Origin: Actinomycetota bacterium
Lineage (GTDB): Bacteria; Actinomycetota; UBA4738; HRBIN12
NCBI GenBank assembly: GCA_040754475.1
Contig: JBFMCN010000036.1
Coordinates: 24,801-88,800, forward strand
Direction: 5' to 3'
DNA: 64,000 bases
Below are positions 29,350 through 37,980 of the stretch, in pieces. Made by a program: the position numbers and the translations under genes. The notes under the pieces are model-generated. The model was given only the letters and a program-made list of their open reading frames with translations. It was not told the origin of the DNA and did not search any database. The first letter of the stretch is position 1, and each line of letters starts with the position of its first letter.

Positions 29350-29507
29350 CGCGTTCCCCCTTCCTTGAGACCGACGACCCACCCAAAGGGTAAGGGCGGG
29401 CCGGGGGTGCGAGGTTTCCTGAGGGTTAATTGTGACGGGAACAGTCCCTGCGCGCCCGACTTAGTGGATCGAGATTCGGCCCCGGCATGCGAGACGCGAG
29501 CCGTCGC

Positions 29508-30179
29508 CTACAGGTCGGCGGCCCGGTACCCGACCCCTCGGACGGTCTCGATCAGCGACTCGTGCTCCGGACCGAGCTTGGAGCGGAGCCGGCGGACGTG
29601 CACGTCGACTGTCCTGGTGCCCCCGTAGAAGTCGTAGCCCCACACCTCGCGCAGCAACGCGGGGCGCGTGAAGACCCTGCCCGGCCGCGAGGCGAGGAAC
29701 CTCATCAGCTCGAACTCCTTGAACGTGAGGTCGAGTGACCGTCCGGCCACCGTGACCTTGTAGCTGTCGACGTCGAGCACCATCGGCCCTAGGCGTATCG
29801 CGCTGCCCTCCGATCCTCCCGCGCGCCGCCTCAGCATGGCGATGCGAAGGCGGATCTCGGCCTCCGGCGCGGACGGATAGAGGACCTCGTCCGCGATCTC
29901 CTCCCACCTAAACCGCTCCAGGTCGCGCCGCTCTACGATGGCGATAGCGGGGGACCGTGGAGTCCGTTCGCGGAGTCGCCGCAAGACGCTGAACCCCTGC
30001 CCGGGGTTCTCCGCGGCGTCCACCAACAAGGCCTCAGGGCCGAGCTGAAGCGCGTCGCCCAGGGAGGCGAGGGACAAAGGCTGAATCTTGAGGTCGAGGT
30101 CGGTGGGCGCGAGGGCAGGCACGATGGCGGCGAGCGCCTCGTCCGGGAAGCGGTCCGAGAGCAAGACGATGGTGGCCAC
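29508..30179 (-). CDS. OmpR-family orphan response regulator with atypical receiver (GlnR-like)
   Basis: C-terminal winged-helix trans_reg_C (LTFKEFELMRFLASRPGRVFTRPALLREVWG...VDVHVRRLRSKL). Degenerate receiver with no DD pair. Lies directly upstream of glnA on the same strand. GTG start at V102 of ORF 29508..30482. Confidence 0.6.
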   Translation of the reverse strand: MATIVLLSDRFPDEALAAIVPALAPTDLDLKIQPLSLASLGDALQLGPEALLVDAAENPGQGFSVLRRLRERTPRSPAIAIVERRDLERFRWEEIADEVLYPSAPEAEIRLRIAMLRRRAGGSEGSAIRLGPMVLDVDSYKVTVAGRSLDLTFKEFELMRFLASRPGRVFTRPALLREVWGYDFYGGTRTVDVHVRRLRSKLGPEHESLIETVRGVGYRAADL

Positions 30180-30229
30180 TACCCGACCGAGAGTAGCAGG
30201 CGCTCGCCCGGCGGTACCCTTGACCTGGG

Positions 30230-30472
30230 ATGACGACCGTTCGGGTTCGGCTGTTCGCCGCCCTGCGCGAGATCGCGGGGGATTCACACGTGCAGGCCGA
30301 GGGTGAGACGGTCGGCGACATCGTCGCCTCGCTTTCCGCACGCTATGGCGAGCGATTCGCCGCGATCGCCCGTTCAGGGTCGGTTGTCGTCGACGGCGAG
30401 AGGGCACCCGCGACCCTTCGCCTGGCCGGGGGGGAGGATGTCGCGGTCCTTCCACCGATCTCCGGCGGTTGA
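30230..30472 (+). CDS. MoaD/ThiS/CysO-family sulfur carrier protein (80 aa, C-terminal Gly-Gly)
   Basis: Ends ...VLPPISGG* with a beta-grasp-like composition. Confidence 0.7.
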   Translation: MTTVRVRLFAALREIAGDSHVQAEGETVGDIVASLSARYGERFAAIARSGSVVVDGERAPATLRLAGGEDVAVLPPISGG

Positions 30473-30508
30473 GCGGCCCCATCCCACGCGGCTGTCATAC
30501 TCGCTTGG

Positions 30509-31435
30509 ATGCTCGCCGTCCGGCGCTTCCAGCGCCTCCTGCTGCTCGCGAACCCCGTCGCCCGGACCGTGTCGCTCCCGACGCTCGGGGTGATCGAGAA
30601 GGCGCTCTCAGCGGACTTCGAGCTGGAAGTCCTGGAGACGGTGGAGCGGGGGCACGCCACGGAGGTCGCCCGGAAGGCGGTAGCCGAGGGGATCGATCTC
30701 CTGGTCGTCTTCTCGGGCGACGGCACGATCAACGAGGTGGTGAACGGCGTCGCGGGCTCGGAGACGGCGCTCGGCGTGCTTCCAGGTGGGGCGACGAACA
30801 TCCTCGCACGAGCCCTGGGGCTGCCGCTCGACCCGGTGGAGGCGACCGGCGTGCTGATCGCCAAGGCGCTTGAGGGAAGGGCCCGGCGGCTGGACCTCGG
30901 CCGGGCCGACGGTCGGTACTTCGCGGTCAACTGCGGCGCAGGCGTCGACGCCGCCGCGATGAAGCGTCTGGACCGCAAGTTCCCGAAGAGCAAGGCGGAG
31001 TTCTCACGCGCGGCGTTCCGGGCGGTCGCGCGTGAGTTGTTCGCCGGGTACGCGGGCCGGTCGCCCGACCTCTCGGTACGGGTCGACGGACGCGAACCGA
31101 CCCCCTCGATGTCGGTGATGATCGGCAGGACCGATCCCTACACGTACTACAAGGACAGAGGCGTCCGGGTGACGCCGCAAGCCTCGCTGGAAGAAGGGCT
31201 CGACGTCTTGTCGATACGCCGCCTCCCGCGGCGGAGCGTGGCGCGGATCGCCTGGCAGATGCTCGGGTCGGCTAGACACGTCAAGGGTCGCGACATCGAC
31301 TACTGGCACGAGGTCTTGCGTGTGGACGTCACATCGGAGCGGCCGTTCCCCGTCCAGGTAGACGGCGACGTGATGGATGACCGGACCTTGCTGGAGGTGC
31401 AGCTCGCTCCCGATGCGCTCTGGGTGGTCGCGTAG
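30509..31435 (+). CDS. diacylglycerol kinase family lipid kinase (YegS/BmrU-like)
   Basis: DAGK_cat motifs LLVVFSGDGTINEVVNG and GVLPGGATNILAR. Confidence 0.8.
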   Translation: MLAVRRFQRLLLLANPVARTVSLPTLGVIEKALSADFELEVLETVERGHATEVARKAVAEGIDLLVVFSGDGTINEVVNGVAGSETALGVLPGGATNILARALGLPLDPVEATGVLIAKALEGRARRLDLGRADGRYFAVNCGAGVDAAAMKRLDRKFPKSKAEFSRAAFRAVARELFAGYAGRSPDLSVRVDGREPTPSMSVMIGRTDPYTYYKDRGVRVTPQASLEEGLDVLSIRRLPRRSVARIAWQMLGSARHVKGRDIDYWHEVLRVDVTSERPFPVQVDGDVMDDRTLLEVQLAPDALWVVA

Positions 31436-31438
31436 GGA

Positions 31439-32239
31439 CTAGGGGTCGAGCCGGATGACTATGTCGTCCTGACGCGTGGCCTCACGGGTCTGGATCCCGC
31501 ACTCCCACTTGGAGAGGCCGGCCCAGCGTCCTGCCCGCTCGGGCTCGCCGGGGAAGCGGGCGCGCGTGCACGGTGCGCATCCGATCGATGCGTAGCCGAG
31601 CTCGTACAACGGGTTGTGTGGAAGGTCGTTTGCCTCTAGGTACGCCCACGTGTCCTGCCGAGTCCAGTTCACGACGGGATTCACCTTCACGATGCTGCGC
31701 CCAGGCTCGAGCTCGTACTCGTCGACGATCGGAGCATGCGCGCGTGTGGGGGAGGAGTCGCGACGAAATGCCGTGATCCACGCGTCGAGCCCTCGAAGCG
31801 CCTCGAACATCGGGCGCACCTTGTTGATCTCGCAGCAAAGCGTCGGATCGCGCTCGTACAAACGAGGGCCGTACTCGGCCGCCTGGGCCTCGACGGTGTG
31901 CTCGCCGACGAGAGCCACGACGTTCAGCCCGAGCTCTTCTGTGAGCTGTTCCTTGAAGGCAAGCGTCTCCGCGAAATGGAATCCGGTCTCGAGGAAGAGG
32001 ATGGGCACGCCCGGGTGGATCAGCGAGGCCATGTGGATGACGCAAGTACCCTCGGCCTGGAATGCCGAAGCGATCGCGACACGGTCCAGACCCGAGTCCT
32101 CGAGGGCCCACCGGATGATCTCCTGGGGGAGCGCCGACTCGAAGCGCTCGTTCAACCCACGGACGTCTTCCGGGGCGAGCAGGGTCTTCACGGGGGCCGC
32201 CTCGCTCTCTCTCGGGTCATCCGAGTATAGCCGGACCAC
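31439..32239 (-). CDS. cysH: adenylyl-sulfate/phosphoadenylyl-sulfate reductase (thioredoxin), Fe-S type
   Basis: PAPS-reductase fold with CC...CxxC cluster (TLCCEINKV ... IGCAPCT) and C-terminal KWECG. Confidence 0.85.
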   Translation of the reverse strand: MVRLYSDDPRESEAAPVKTLLAPEDVRGLNERFESALPQEIIRWALEDSGLDRVAIASAFQAEGTCVIHMASLIHPGVPILFLETGFHFAETLAFKEQLTEELGLNVVALVGEHTVEAQAAEYGPRLYERDPTLCCEINKVRPMFEALRGLDAWITAFRRDSSPTRAHAPIVDEYELEPGRSIVKVNPVVNWTRQDTWAYLEANDLPHNPLYELGYASIGCAPCTRARFPGEPERAGRWAGLSKWECGIQTREATRQDDIVIRLDP

Positions 32240-32313
32240 CCGTCGAGCCCGGGCGGGCCGCGGCTATGCTGTGACCCCGGCAAACCCCCATCTACCAGAG
32301 GAAAGGCGGATCG

Positions 32314-33480
32314 ATGACCGACACCATCGCGCCTCACGGCGGGGCTCTCGTCAACCTGCTCGCACCCGGCGCGGAGGCGGAGCAGCTCACCCAGCAGGCC
32401 CGGCGCTACCCGAAGACCAAGGTCAGCGAGCGCGAGCTCTCCGATCTCGAGATGCTCACCGTGGGCGCTCTCTCGCCGCTCACAGGGTTCGTCGGTGAGA
32501 AGGACTACCGCTCGATCCTCGAAACGATGCATCTGACGAACGGCCTGCCGTGGACGATCCCGGTCACGCTTTCCCTCGACCAGGAGGAGGTCAAAGGGAT
32601 CGCGAGAGCCGAGGCCGTTGCGCTCATGACTGCCCAGAGCGACCGGTCGATCGCGATTCTCGAGATAGCCGAGGTCTTCAAGAGGGACCGTCCGAAGGAG
32701 GCGCTCGCGGTCTTCGGCACCGAGGATCTCGAGCACCCGGGCGTAAGGGCCCTCCACGACGCTGGGGACTACTGCCTGGCCGGGAGGGTGCGAGCGATCC
32801 GACTGCCCGAGCACCGCACGTTCACGAAGTACCGCCTTACGCCGGCCGAGACCCGAGCGGAGTTCGCGAGGCGGGGATGGAGGACGGTCGTGGGCTTCCA
32901 GACCCGCAACCCCATCCATCGGGCTCACGAGTACATCCAGAAGTGCGCGCTGGAGATCGTGGACGGTTTGCTCGTGCACCCACTCGTAGGTGCGACGAAG
33001 GGGGACGATGTGCCGGCAGAGGTCCGGATGCGGTGCTACGAAGCCCTGTTCGAGGGGTACTACCCGAAGGATCGTGCGATGGTCACCGTGTTCCCGGCGG
33101 CGATGCGCTACGCGGGGCCGAAGGAGGCCATCTGGCACGCGATCGCCCGCAAGAACTACGGTTGCACGCACCTCATCGTCGGTCGCGATCACGCGGGCGT
33201 CGGCACGTACTACGGCACTTATGACGCGCAGAAGATCTTCGATGAGTTCGAGCCGGGGGAGCTCGGCATCACCCCGCTCTGCTTCGAGCACTCCTTCTAC
33301 TGCAAACGGTGCGAGGGGATGGGCTCGCCGAAGACCTGCCCGCATGAGGACGAGGATCGCGTGATCCTTTCGGGTACGAAGGTGCGCGAGATGCTGCGCG
33401 GCGGTGAGCGTCCGCCTGTCGAGTTCAGCCGTCCTGAGGTGGCCGACATCCTCATCGAGGCGATGCGGGCGAAGGCATGA
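32314..33480 (+). CDS. sat: sulfate adenylyltransferase (single-chain ATP sulfurylase)
   Basis: GFQTRNPIHRAHE and HLIVGRDHAGVG motifs. 388 aa. Confidence 0.9.
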   Translation: MTDTIAPHGGALVNLLAPGAEAEQLTQQARRYPKTKVSERELSDLEMLTVGALSPLTGFVGEKDYRSILETMHLTNGLPWTIPVTLSLDQEEVKGIARAEAVALMTAQSDRSIAILEIAEVFKRDRPKEALAVFGTEDLEHPGVRALHDAGDYCLAGRVRAIRLPEHRTFTKYRLTPAETRAEFARRGWRTVVGFQTRNPIHRAHEYIQKCALEIVDGLLVHPLVGATKGDDVPAEVRMRCYEALFEGYYPKDRAMVTVFPAAMRYAGPKEAIWHAIARKNYGCTHLIVGRDHAGVGTYYGTYDAQKIFDEFEPGELGITPLCFEHSFYCKRCEGMGSPKTCPHEDEDRVILSGTKVREMLRGGERPPVEFSRPEVADILIEAMRAKA

Positions 33481-33624
33481 CAGAAGGATTTGCCCCGTTC
33501 ACGAGCCCTTTGGTAGCCTCCCGACGGCCAGAGCGGCGCCGCCATCCGTCCCAAGGAGGCCTCGACGACCGCTCCTAGGAGGCAGATCCGCACCATCCTC
33601 GCCCTCGTCCTCGCGGCGGGGGTC

Positions 33625-34575
33625 ATGAGCGCGACCCCCACCCTGGCCGATACGAAGTCCGACCTGGAGAGCGCGAAGCGGGAGCTGGCCCGCCTCCAAG
33701 CCAGTCTGGACCAGGCGACCGCCGAGTGGCAGGCTGCCTACTCCTTGCTTGTGCAGACGAGGGCGAAGATCGCGTCCACGCGCGAGGAGATCGACGCGCT
33801 TCAGCGGAACATCGCGAGGATCCAGGAGCGGCTGCAAGAGCGGGCCGTGATCGCCTTCGAGAACGGGCCGGCCAGCACGATTGATCTCCTGCTCTCCTCT
33901 GAGACGTTCGCCGAGTTCTCCGACCGGATGGAATTCCTGGGGAACGTGGCGCAGAGCGACTCGGACCTCGTCCTCGAGCGCGAGGTGTCGGAGGAGCAGC
34001 TCAAGCGTAAGGAGGAGAACCTCAAGTCCCTCGCGATCGATCGGGCGGCCACCACGCAGCGGCTCGAGTCGGTCAAGAGCTCGATCTCGGCGGACACGGC
34101 CGCGATGAAGCGAGAGGTCGACGATCTGGAGGCGAAGTACAAACAGGAGCAGCGGCTCCTTCAGGTTCTCGGGCAGACTGTGAACATGGGCGCGTCTATC
34201 GCGCGGTGTCCCGTGGCGGGTCCGAACTCGTTCGTCGACTCGTTCGGCTGGCCGCGCTCGGGCGGCCGCACCCACCAAGGGATCGACCTGATAGCCGCAT
34301 ACGGGACCCCAGTTGTCTCAGTGCAGAACGGGACCGCCGTCCGCAACTACAACTCGCTGGGCGGAAACGCGGTCATCGTCTACGGTCCCGGGGGAGACTG
34401 GACCTACTACGCGCACCTGTCCAGCTACGGCGCCTCCGGCAGCGTGAGCGTCGGAACGGTGATCGGCTACGTCGGGGCGACCGGCAACGCGGGCATCAAC
34501 CACCTGCATTTCGAGTACCACCCTGGTGGCGGGGCGGCTGTCAATCCCTACCAGGCGCTCCTGTCCGTCTGCTGA
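33625..34575 (+). CDS. M23 family metallopeptidase with N-terminal coiled-coil (EnvC-like). True start probably upstream, see findings.
   Basis: C-terminal M23 motifs (HQGIDL, GNAVIV, GNAGINHLHFE). Long coiled-coil N-terminal region. In-frame upstream sequence encodes a signal peptide. Confidence 0.8.
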   Translation: MSATPTLADTKSDLESAKRELARLQASLDQATAEWQAAYSLLVQTRAKIASTREEIDALQRNIARIQERLQERAVIAFENGPASTIDLLLSSETFAEFSDRMEFLGNVAQSDSDLVLEREVSEEQLKRKEENLKSLAIDRAATTQRLESVKSSISADTAAMKREVDDLEAKYKQEQRLLQVLGQTVNMGASIARCPVAGPNSFVDSFGWPRSGGRTHQGIDLIAAYGTPVVSVQNGTAVRNYNSLGGNAVIVYGPGGDWTYYAHLSSYGASGSVSVGTVIGYVGATGNAGINHLHFEYHPGGGAAVNPYQALLSVC

Positions 34576-34637
34576 GCGAACGCCGGCCGTGCCCTCAGGT
34601 CCTACAATCGGCGGGTACTGGATCGCGAAGGAGCATC

Positions 34638-35165
34638 GTGGCCGAGCCTCGTGGCAACCGTCGGATCGATCGCATTCTGAGGCCGGACTTCACGGCGGGC
34701 CTGGCGGGCCTTTCCCTCGAGGAGCTTCGTCGTCGCCGGGACGAGTGCCTCGTGGAGCGCGAGTCCCTTTCGCTTCTTCGCCGGCTGGTTCAAGGTCGCG
34801 CGGAGATCCTCAGGGCGGAGGTCGAGCGCCGCGGGCACGGCGACTCGGGTTCGCTGGTCGACCGGCTCTCCACGATCCTCGCCGCGGGCGGTCACGAGCC
34901 TTCGCGCGGGGAGGCTGTGCGGGTGGGTGTTCCTCAAGAGGAGCTGGCGCTCGCCCGGCGGCGAGTGGAGCGTCTCGTGGCCGACGCCGGCCTCTCCGAT
35001 CCTGGCGCTCTCGACGACGACCGGCTTTCGAAGGCGGTCGGCCTTCTCTCCGAGGAAGAGAGGAAGGTGTCGGAAGATCGGGCGGCCGTCATCTCGGTCC
35101 TGGACGAGATTCAGAGGGAGCTCAAGCGCAGGTACAAGGAGGATCCCTCCCGGGTCCTGTCCTGA
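34638..35165 (+). CDS. hypothetical coiled-coil protein (175 aa), weakly RsiG-like
   Basis: GTG start with SD AAGGAG. Highly charged helical sequence. Two partial E-x3-S-x2-R-x3-Q-x3-D-like motifs. Confidence 0.5.
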   Translation: MAEPRGNRRIDRILRPDFTAGLAGLSLEELRRRRDECLVERESLSLLRRLVQGRAEILRAEVERRGHGDSGSLVDRLSTILAAGGHEPSRGEAVRVGVPQEELALARRRVERLVADAGLSDPGALDDDRLSKAVGLLSEEERKVSEDRAAVISVLDEIQRELKRRYKEDPSRVLS

Positions 35166-35332
35166 CGGCGCGGATCACCCACAATCTCGCTCTGTAGCTC
35201 CCTCGGGGGACTGATTTCGCAGCAGATTGCTGGGTCGTACGGGTCCAACCGGGTGATAGGCGTTTGGTCCATCGGGGCGATGGACCGACCCCGTTCAAGA
35301 CGCCAGGCTAAGCCCGCGCCGGGGCGTTCTCG

Positions 35333-36175
35333 GTGCACGGTTGCGCGGCCCGTATGAAGAGGCAAGCCCACCGCTCCGAGCAACGGCACGGGGATCCGTC
35401 GGATCCGGAGCTTCCGGCCGTCCACCAGCAGCTCATCGTGTTCGCGCGTGAGCTCGGCCAGCTCTACCGCCTTGAGCGTTCGCGGAGCGCAGAGCTCGAG
35501 CGGGTCCTCGACAGCGTCCAGGACATGTACCTGGCGACCATGAGGAGCCTCGCCCAGGTCATCGAGGCGAAGGATCGGACGACGCGGGGGCATCTCGACC
35601 GAACCCAGGCTCTGGGCGTCGCCCTGGCAAGACGGATCGACCCCGCCCTCGCGGAGGGACCGGAGCTAGGCTACGGCTTCTTCCTCCACGACATCGGGAA
35701 GGTGTGTATCCCCGAACACATCCTCTGCAAGGTGGGACCTTTGACCGGCGAGGAATGGGAGGTCGTCCGCACGCACCCTGTCGTGGGCGCCAGGATCGTC
35801 GCCCCGATCCGGTTCCTAGGCGACGCGGCCCTTGTGATCCGCCACCACCATGAGTGGTTCGACGGCGAAGGCTATCCCGACGGACTGAGAGGCACCGCCA
35901 TACCGCTCGCGGCGCGGGTGTTCGCGGTCGCCGACTCCTACGACGCGATGACGAACGACCGTCCCTACCGCAACGCGCTGACCCGCGATCGCGCTGTCGA
36001 GGAGCTGCGGCAGGGCGCGGGCACCCAGTTCGACCCGGACGTCGTCGATGTGTTCGTCGACATGGTCGAGGAGGAGCCCTCGCCGATCTGGAACGGGGCG
36101 GGACCCTACCGCTTCGAGGAGGGCACCCCGGACCTTGCCGCGATCGGACAGCCGTCCGTTGCCGTCGGGCTCTGA
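35333..36175 (+). CDS. HD-GYP domain c-di-GMP phosphodiesterase
   Basis: HD (FLHDIGK) and HHHEWFDGEGYPDGL motifs. Confidence 0.8.
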   Translation: MHGCAARMKRQAHRSEQRHGDPSDPELPAVHQQLIVFARELGQLYRLERSRSAELERVLDSVQDMYLATMRSLAQVIEAKDRTTRGHLDRTQALGVALARRIDPALAEGPELGYGFFLHDIGKVCIPEHILCKVGPLTGEEWEVVRTHPVVGARIVAPIRFLGDAALVIRHHHEWFDGEGYPDGLRGTAIPLAARVFAVADSYDAMTNDRPYRNALTRDRAVEELRQGAGTQFDPDVVDVFVDMVEEEPSPIWNGAGPYRFEEGTPDLAAIGQPSVAVGL

Positions 36176-36251
36176 CACGACGCTGCGGATCTGATCAGGA
36201 TTCGGCGTTGCAGGTGCAATCGATTCGGCGTGGGTTGCGTACCATCGTCTT

Positions 36252-37526
36252 ATGGTCTGGAAGTCGAACGGCTCCTCCACGCAGACACGAATAGCCATCG
36301 TAAGCATGCACACATCCCCCCTCGAGCAGCCGGGGACGGGCGACTCGGGCGGCATGAACGTCTACATACGGGCGGCTGCCGAGCGCCTCGCCCGACAGGG
36401 AGTGAACATCGACGTCTTCACGCGGAGACGCGGCCGTGGCATCTCCGAGGTGGAGCAGCTCACGCCTGCCTCTCGGGTCATCAACGTGATGGCGGGACCC
36501 CGCGACCCCGTCCCGAAGCAAGATCTGCCGCGGCTCCTTCCGCAGTTCCTCGGCGGCCTGCTGCGCCACGTGAGGATGGATGGTCGAGGGTATGACCTGG
36601 TCCACAGTCACTACTGGCTCTCCGGGTGGGTTGGGCGCAGCGCGAAGGAGATCTGGGGGGTGCCGCTCGTCGCCTCGTTCCACACCCTCGGCAAGGTGAA
36701 GAACCACTCGCTGGCCGGCGGCGAGAGCCCGGAGCCGCCGGAGCGGCTCGCGAGTGAGGTGGCCGTGATCGAGAACGCCGACCGGATCGTGGCGGCTACT
36801 CCTGCGGAGGCGGCGCAGCTCGTGCGCTTGTACCGAGCCGACCCGGCCCGCATCCGGCTCATTCCGCCGGGTGTCGACCACGGGCTGTTCTTCCCGCGGC
36901 TCAAGGAACAGGCCAAAGCGCGAGTGCATCTCGCGGGAGTCCGGCTGCTGTTGTTCGCCGGAAGGCTGCAGGCGCACAAGGGTCCCGACATCGCGATCCG
37001 AGCGCTGGCGGAGGCCAGCGCTCGAGAGCCGGCGCAGATGCGCGACGTCGTTCTCGGGATCGTGGGCGGTCCGAGCGGCACGGGCAACGGGGCAGAGGTG
37101 GGACGGCTGATCGACCTCGCCCTGACCCTCGGCGTCGAGGATCGGGTCGTGTTCTTCCCCCCTCAGCCGCAGGCGCGTCTGGCCGATTTCTATGCGGCTG
37201 CCGAGTGCCTCCTTGTCCCGTCCCGGTCCGAGTCGTTCGGGCTGGCGGCGCTGGAAGCGCAAGCATGCGCGACCCCGGCCGTGGCGGCGGCCGTGGGCGG
37301 CCTGCGCCACGTCATCGCCGACGGCGTGACCGGGCTGCTCGTGGAGGGGCACGATCCGGCCGACTACGCCGAATGTGTCCTTCAGCTCCTGCGCGATCCG
37401 GAGGTGGCGCAGCGGATGGGGGAGTCCGCGAGCGCTCGCTCCCTCCGGTTCTCTTGGGATGCGACCGCGACCGAGATCCTGTCCGTCTACCGAGAGCTTC
37501 TGGACTCAAGGGTTGCCGCAGGATGA
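36252..37526 (+). CDS. mshA: D-inositol-3-phosphate glycosyltransferase (mycothiol biosynthesis, GT4)
   Basis: IAIVSMHTSPLEQPGTGDSGGMNVYI matches the MshA N-terminal signature. GT4 C-terminal E-x7-E region. Confidence 0.85.
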   Translation: MVWKSNGSSTQTRIAIVSMHTSPLEQPGTGDSGGMNVYIRAAAERLARQGVNIDVFTRRRGRGISEVEQLTPASRVINVMAGPRDPVPKQDLPRLLPQFLGGLLRHVRMDGRGYDLVHSHYWLSGWVGRSAKEIWGVPLVASFHTLGKVKNHSLAGGESPEPPERLASEVAVIENADRIVAATPAEAAQLVRLYRADPARIRLIPPGVDHGLFFPRLKEQAKARVHLAGVRLLLFAGRLQAHKGPDIAIRALAEASAREPAQMRDVVLGIVGGPSGTGNGAEVGRLIDLALTLGVEDRVVFFPPQPQARLADFYAAAECLLVPSRSESFGLAALEAQACATPAVAAAVGGLRHVIADGVTGLLVEGHDPADYAECVLQLLRDPEVAQRMGESASARSLRFSWDATATEILSVYRELLDSRVAAG

Positions 37527-37870
37527 TTCCGGGTGCCGAAGGGCCTCGTTCCGATGCTCTTCTTGTCACTCTTTCTGTCGAACGCCCTACCAGCATATAT
37601 TGGGCGTGACCAGGCAGTTCTCGGAGTTGACCGCCCTCAGCGTGGCCGGTAGATTTCCGGTCGCTCCGAGCAGCTGGAGCGGCTGAATCAGGGAACCGAA
37701 GTGGGGACCCCTGGGAAAGCCGTAAGGCGAACTGGGCGCACTTGGTCGTACGGTTGGGAAGGCCAACTAGCTGTGCGGGCGGGGAGGCTCGGGACGCCCC
37801 AAAGCCCAACGAAAGGGTCTACCGCCAGGAAACCAAGACAGCTGCGGAGTTGCTCGGGGCACCTGAGCCC

Positions 37871-37925
37871 GAGGGGCTGATGGTGGTCGGAAGCTTCGGC
37901 TTCTGGCGAGCCGGAGGTCCCTCGG
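37871..37925 (+). terminator. long hairpin (11-bp GC-rich outer stem GAGCCCGAGGG/CCCTCGGGCTC enclosing a UUCG-loop inner hairpin) followed by TTTTT
   Basis: Read directly. Lies about 60 nt upstream of the PRODH start, at the 3' end of a 450-nt non-coding region. Confidence 0.5.
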
Positions 37926-37980
37926 GCTCTTTTTACTGCCCTTCCTATACTCGCGGGGCCATGCCCGAAGGGAACACGCC

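Noticed and set aside
33499-34278. 259-aa ORF antisense to the M23 peptidase gene
   Set aside because: Low-complexity product. The sense strand carries clear M23 motifs.
37527-37980. Non-coding region considered as RNase P RNA, tmRNA, SRP RNA, cobalamin, glycine or c-di-AMP riboswitch
   Set aside because: The universal P4 motifs GGAAAGUCCGGGC/ACAGAACCCGGCUUA, the tmRNA T-arm/CCA end, the B12 box GCCACUG and the other signatures are absent. It is kept only as an unclassified structured-RNA candidate.
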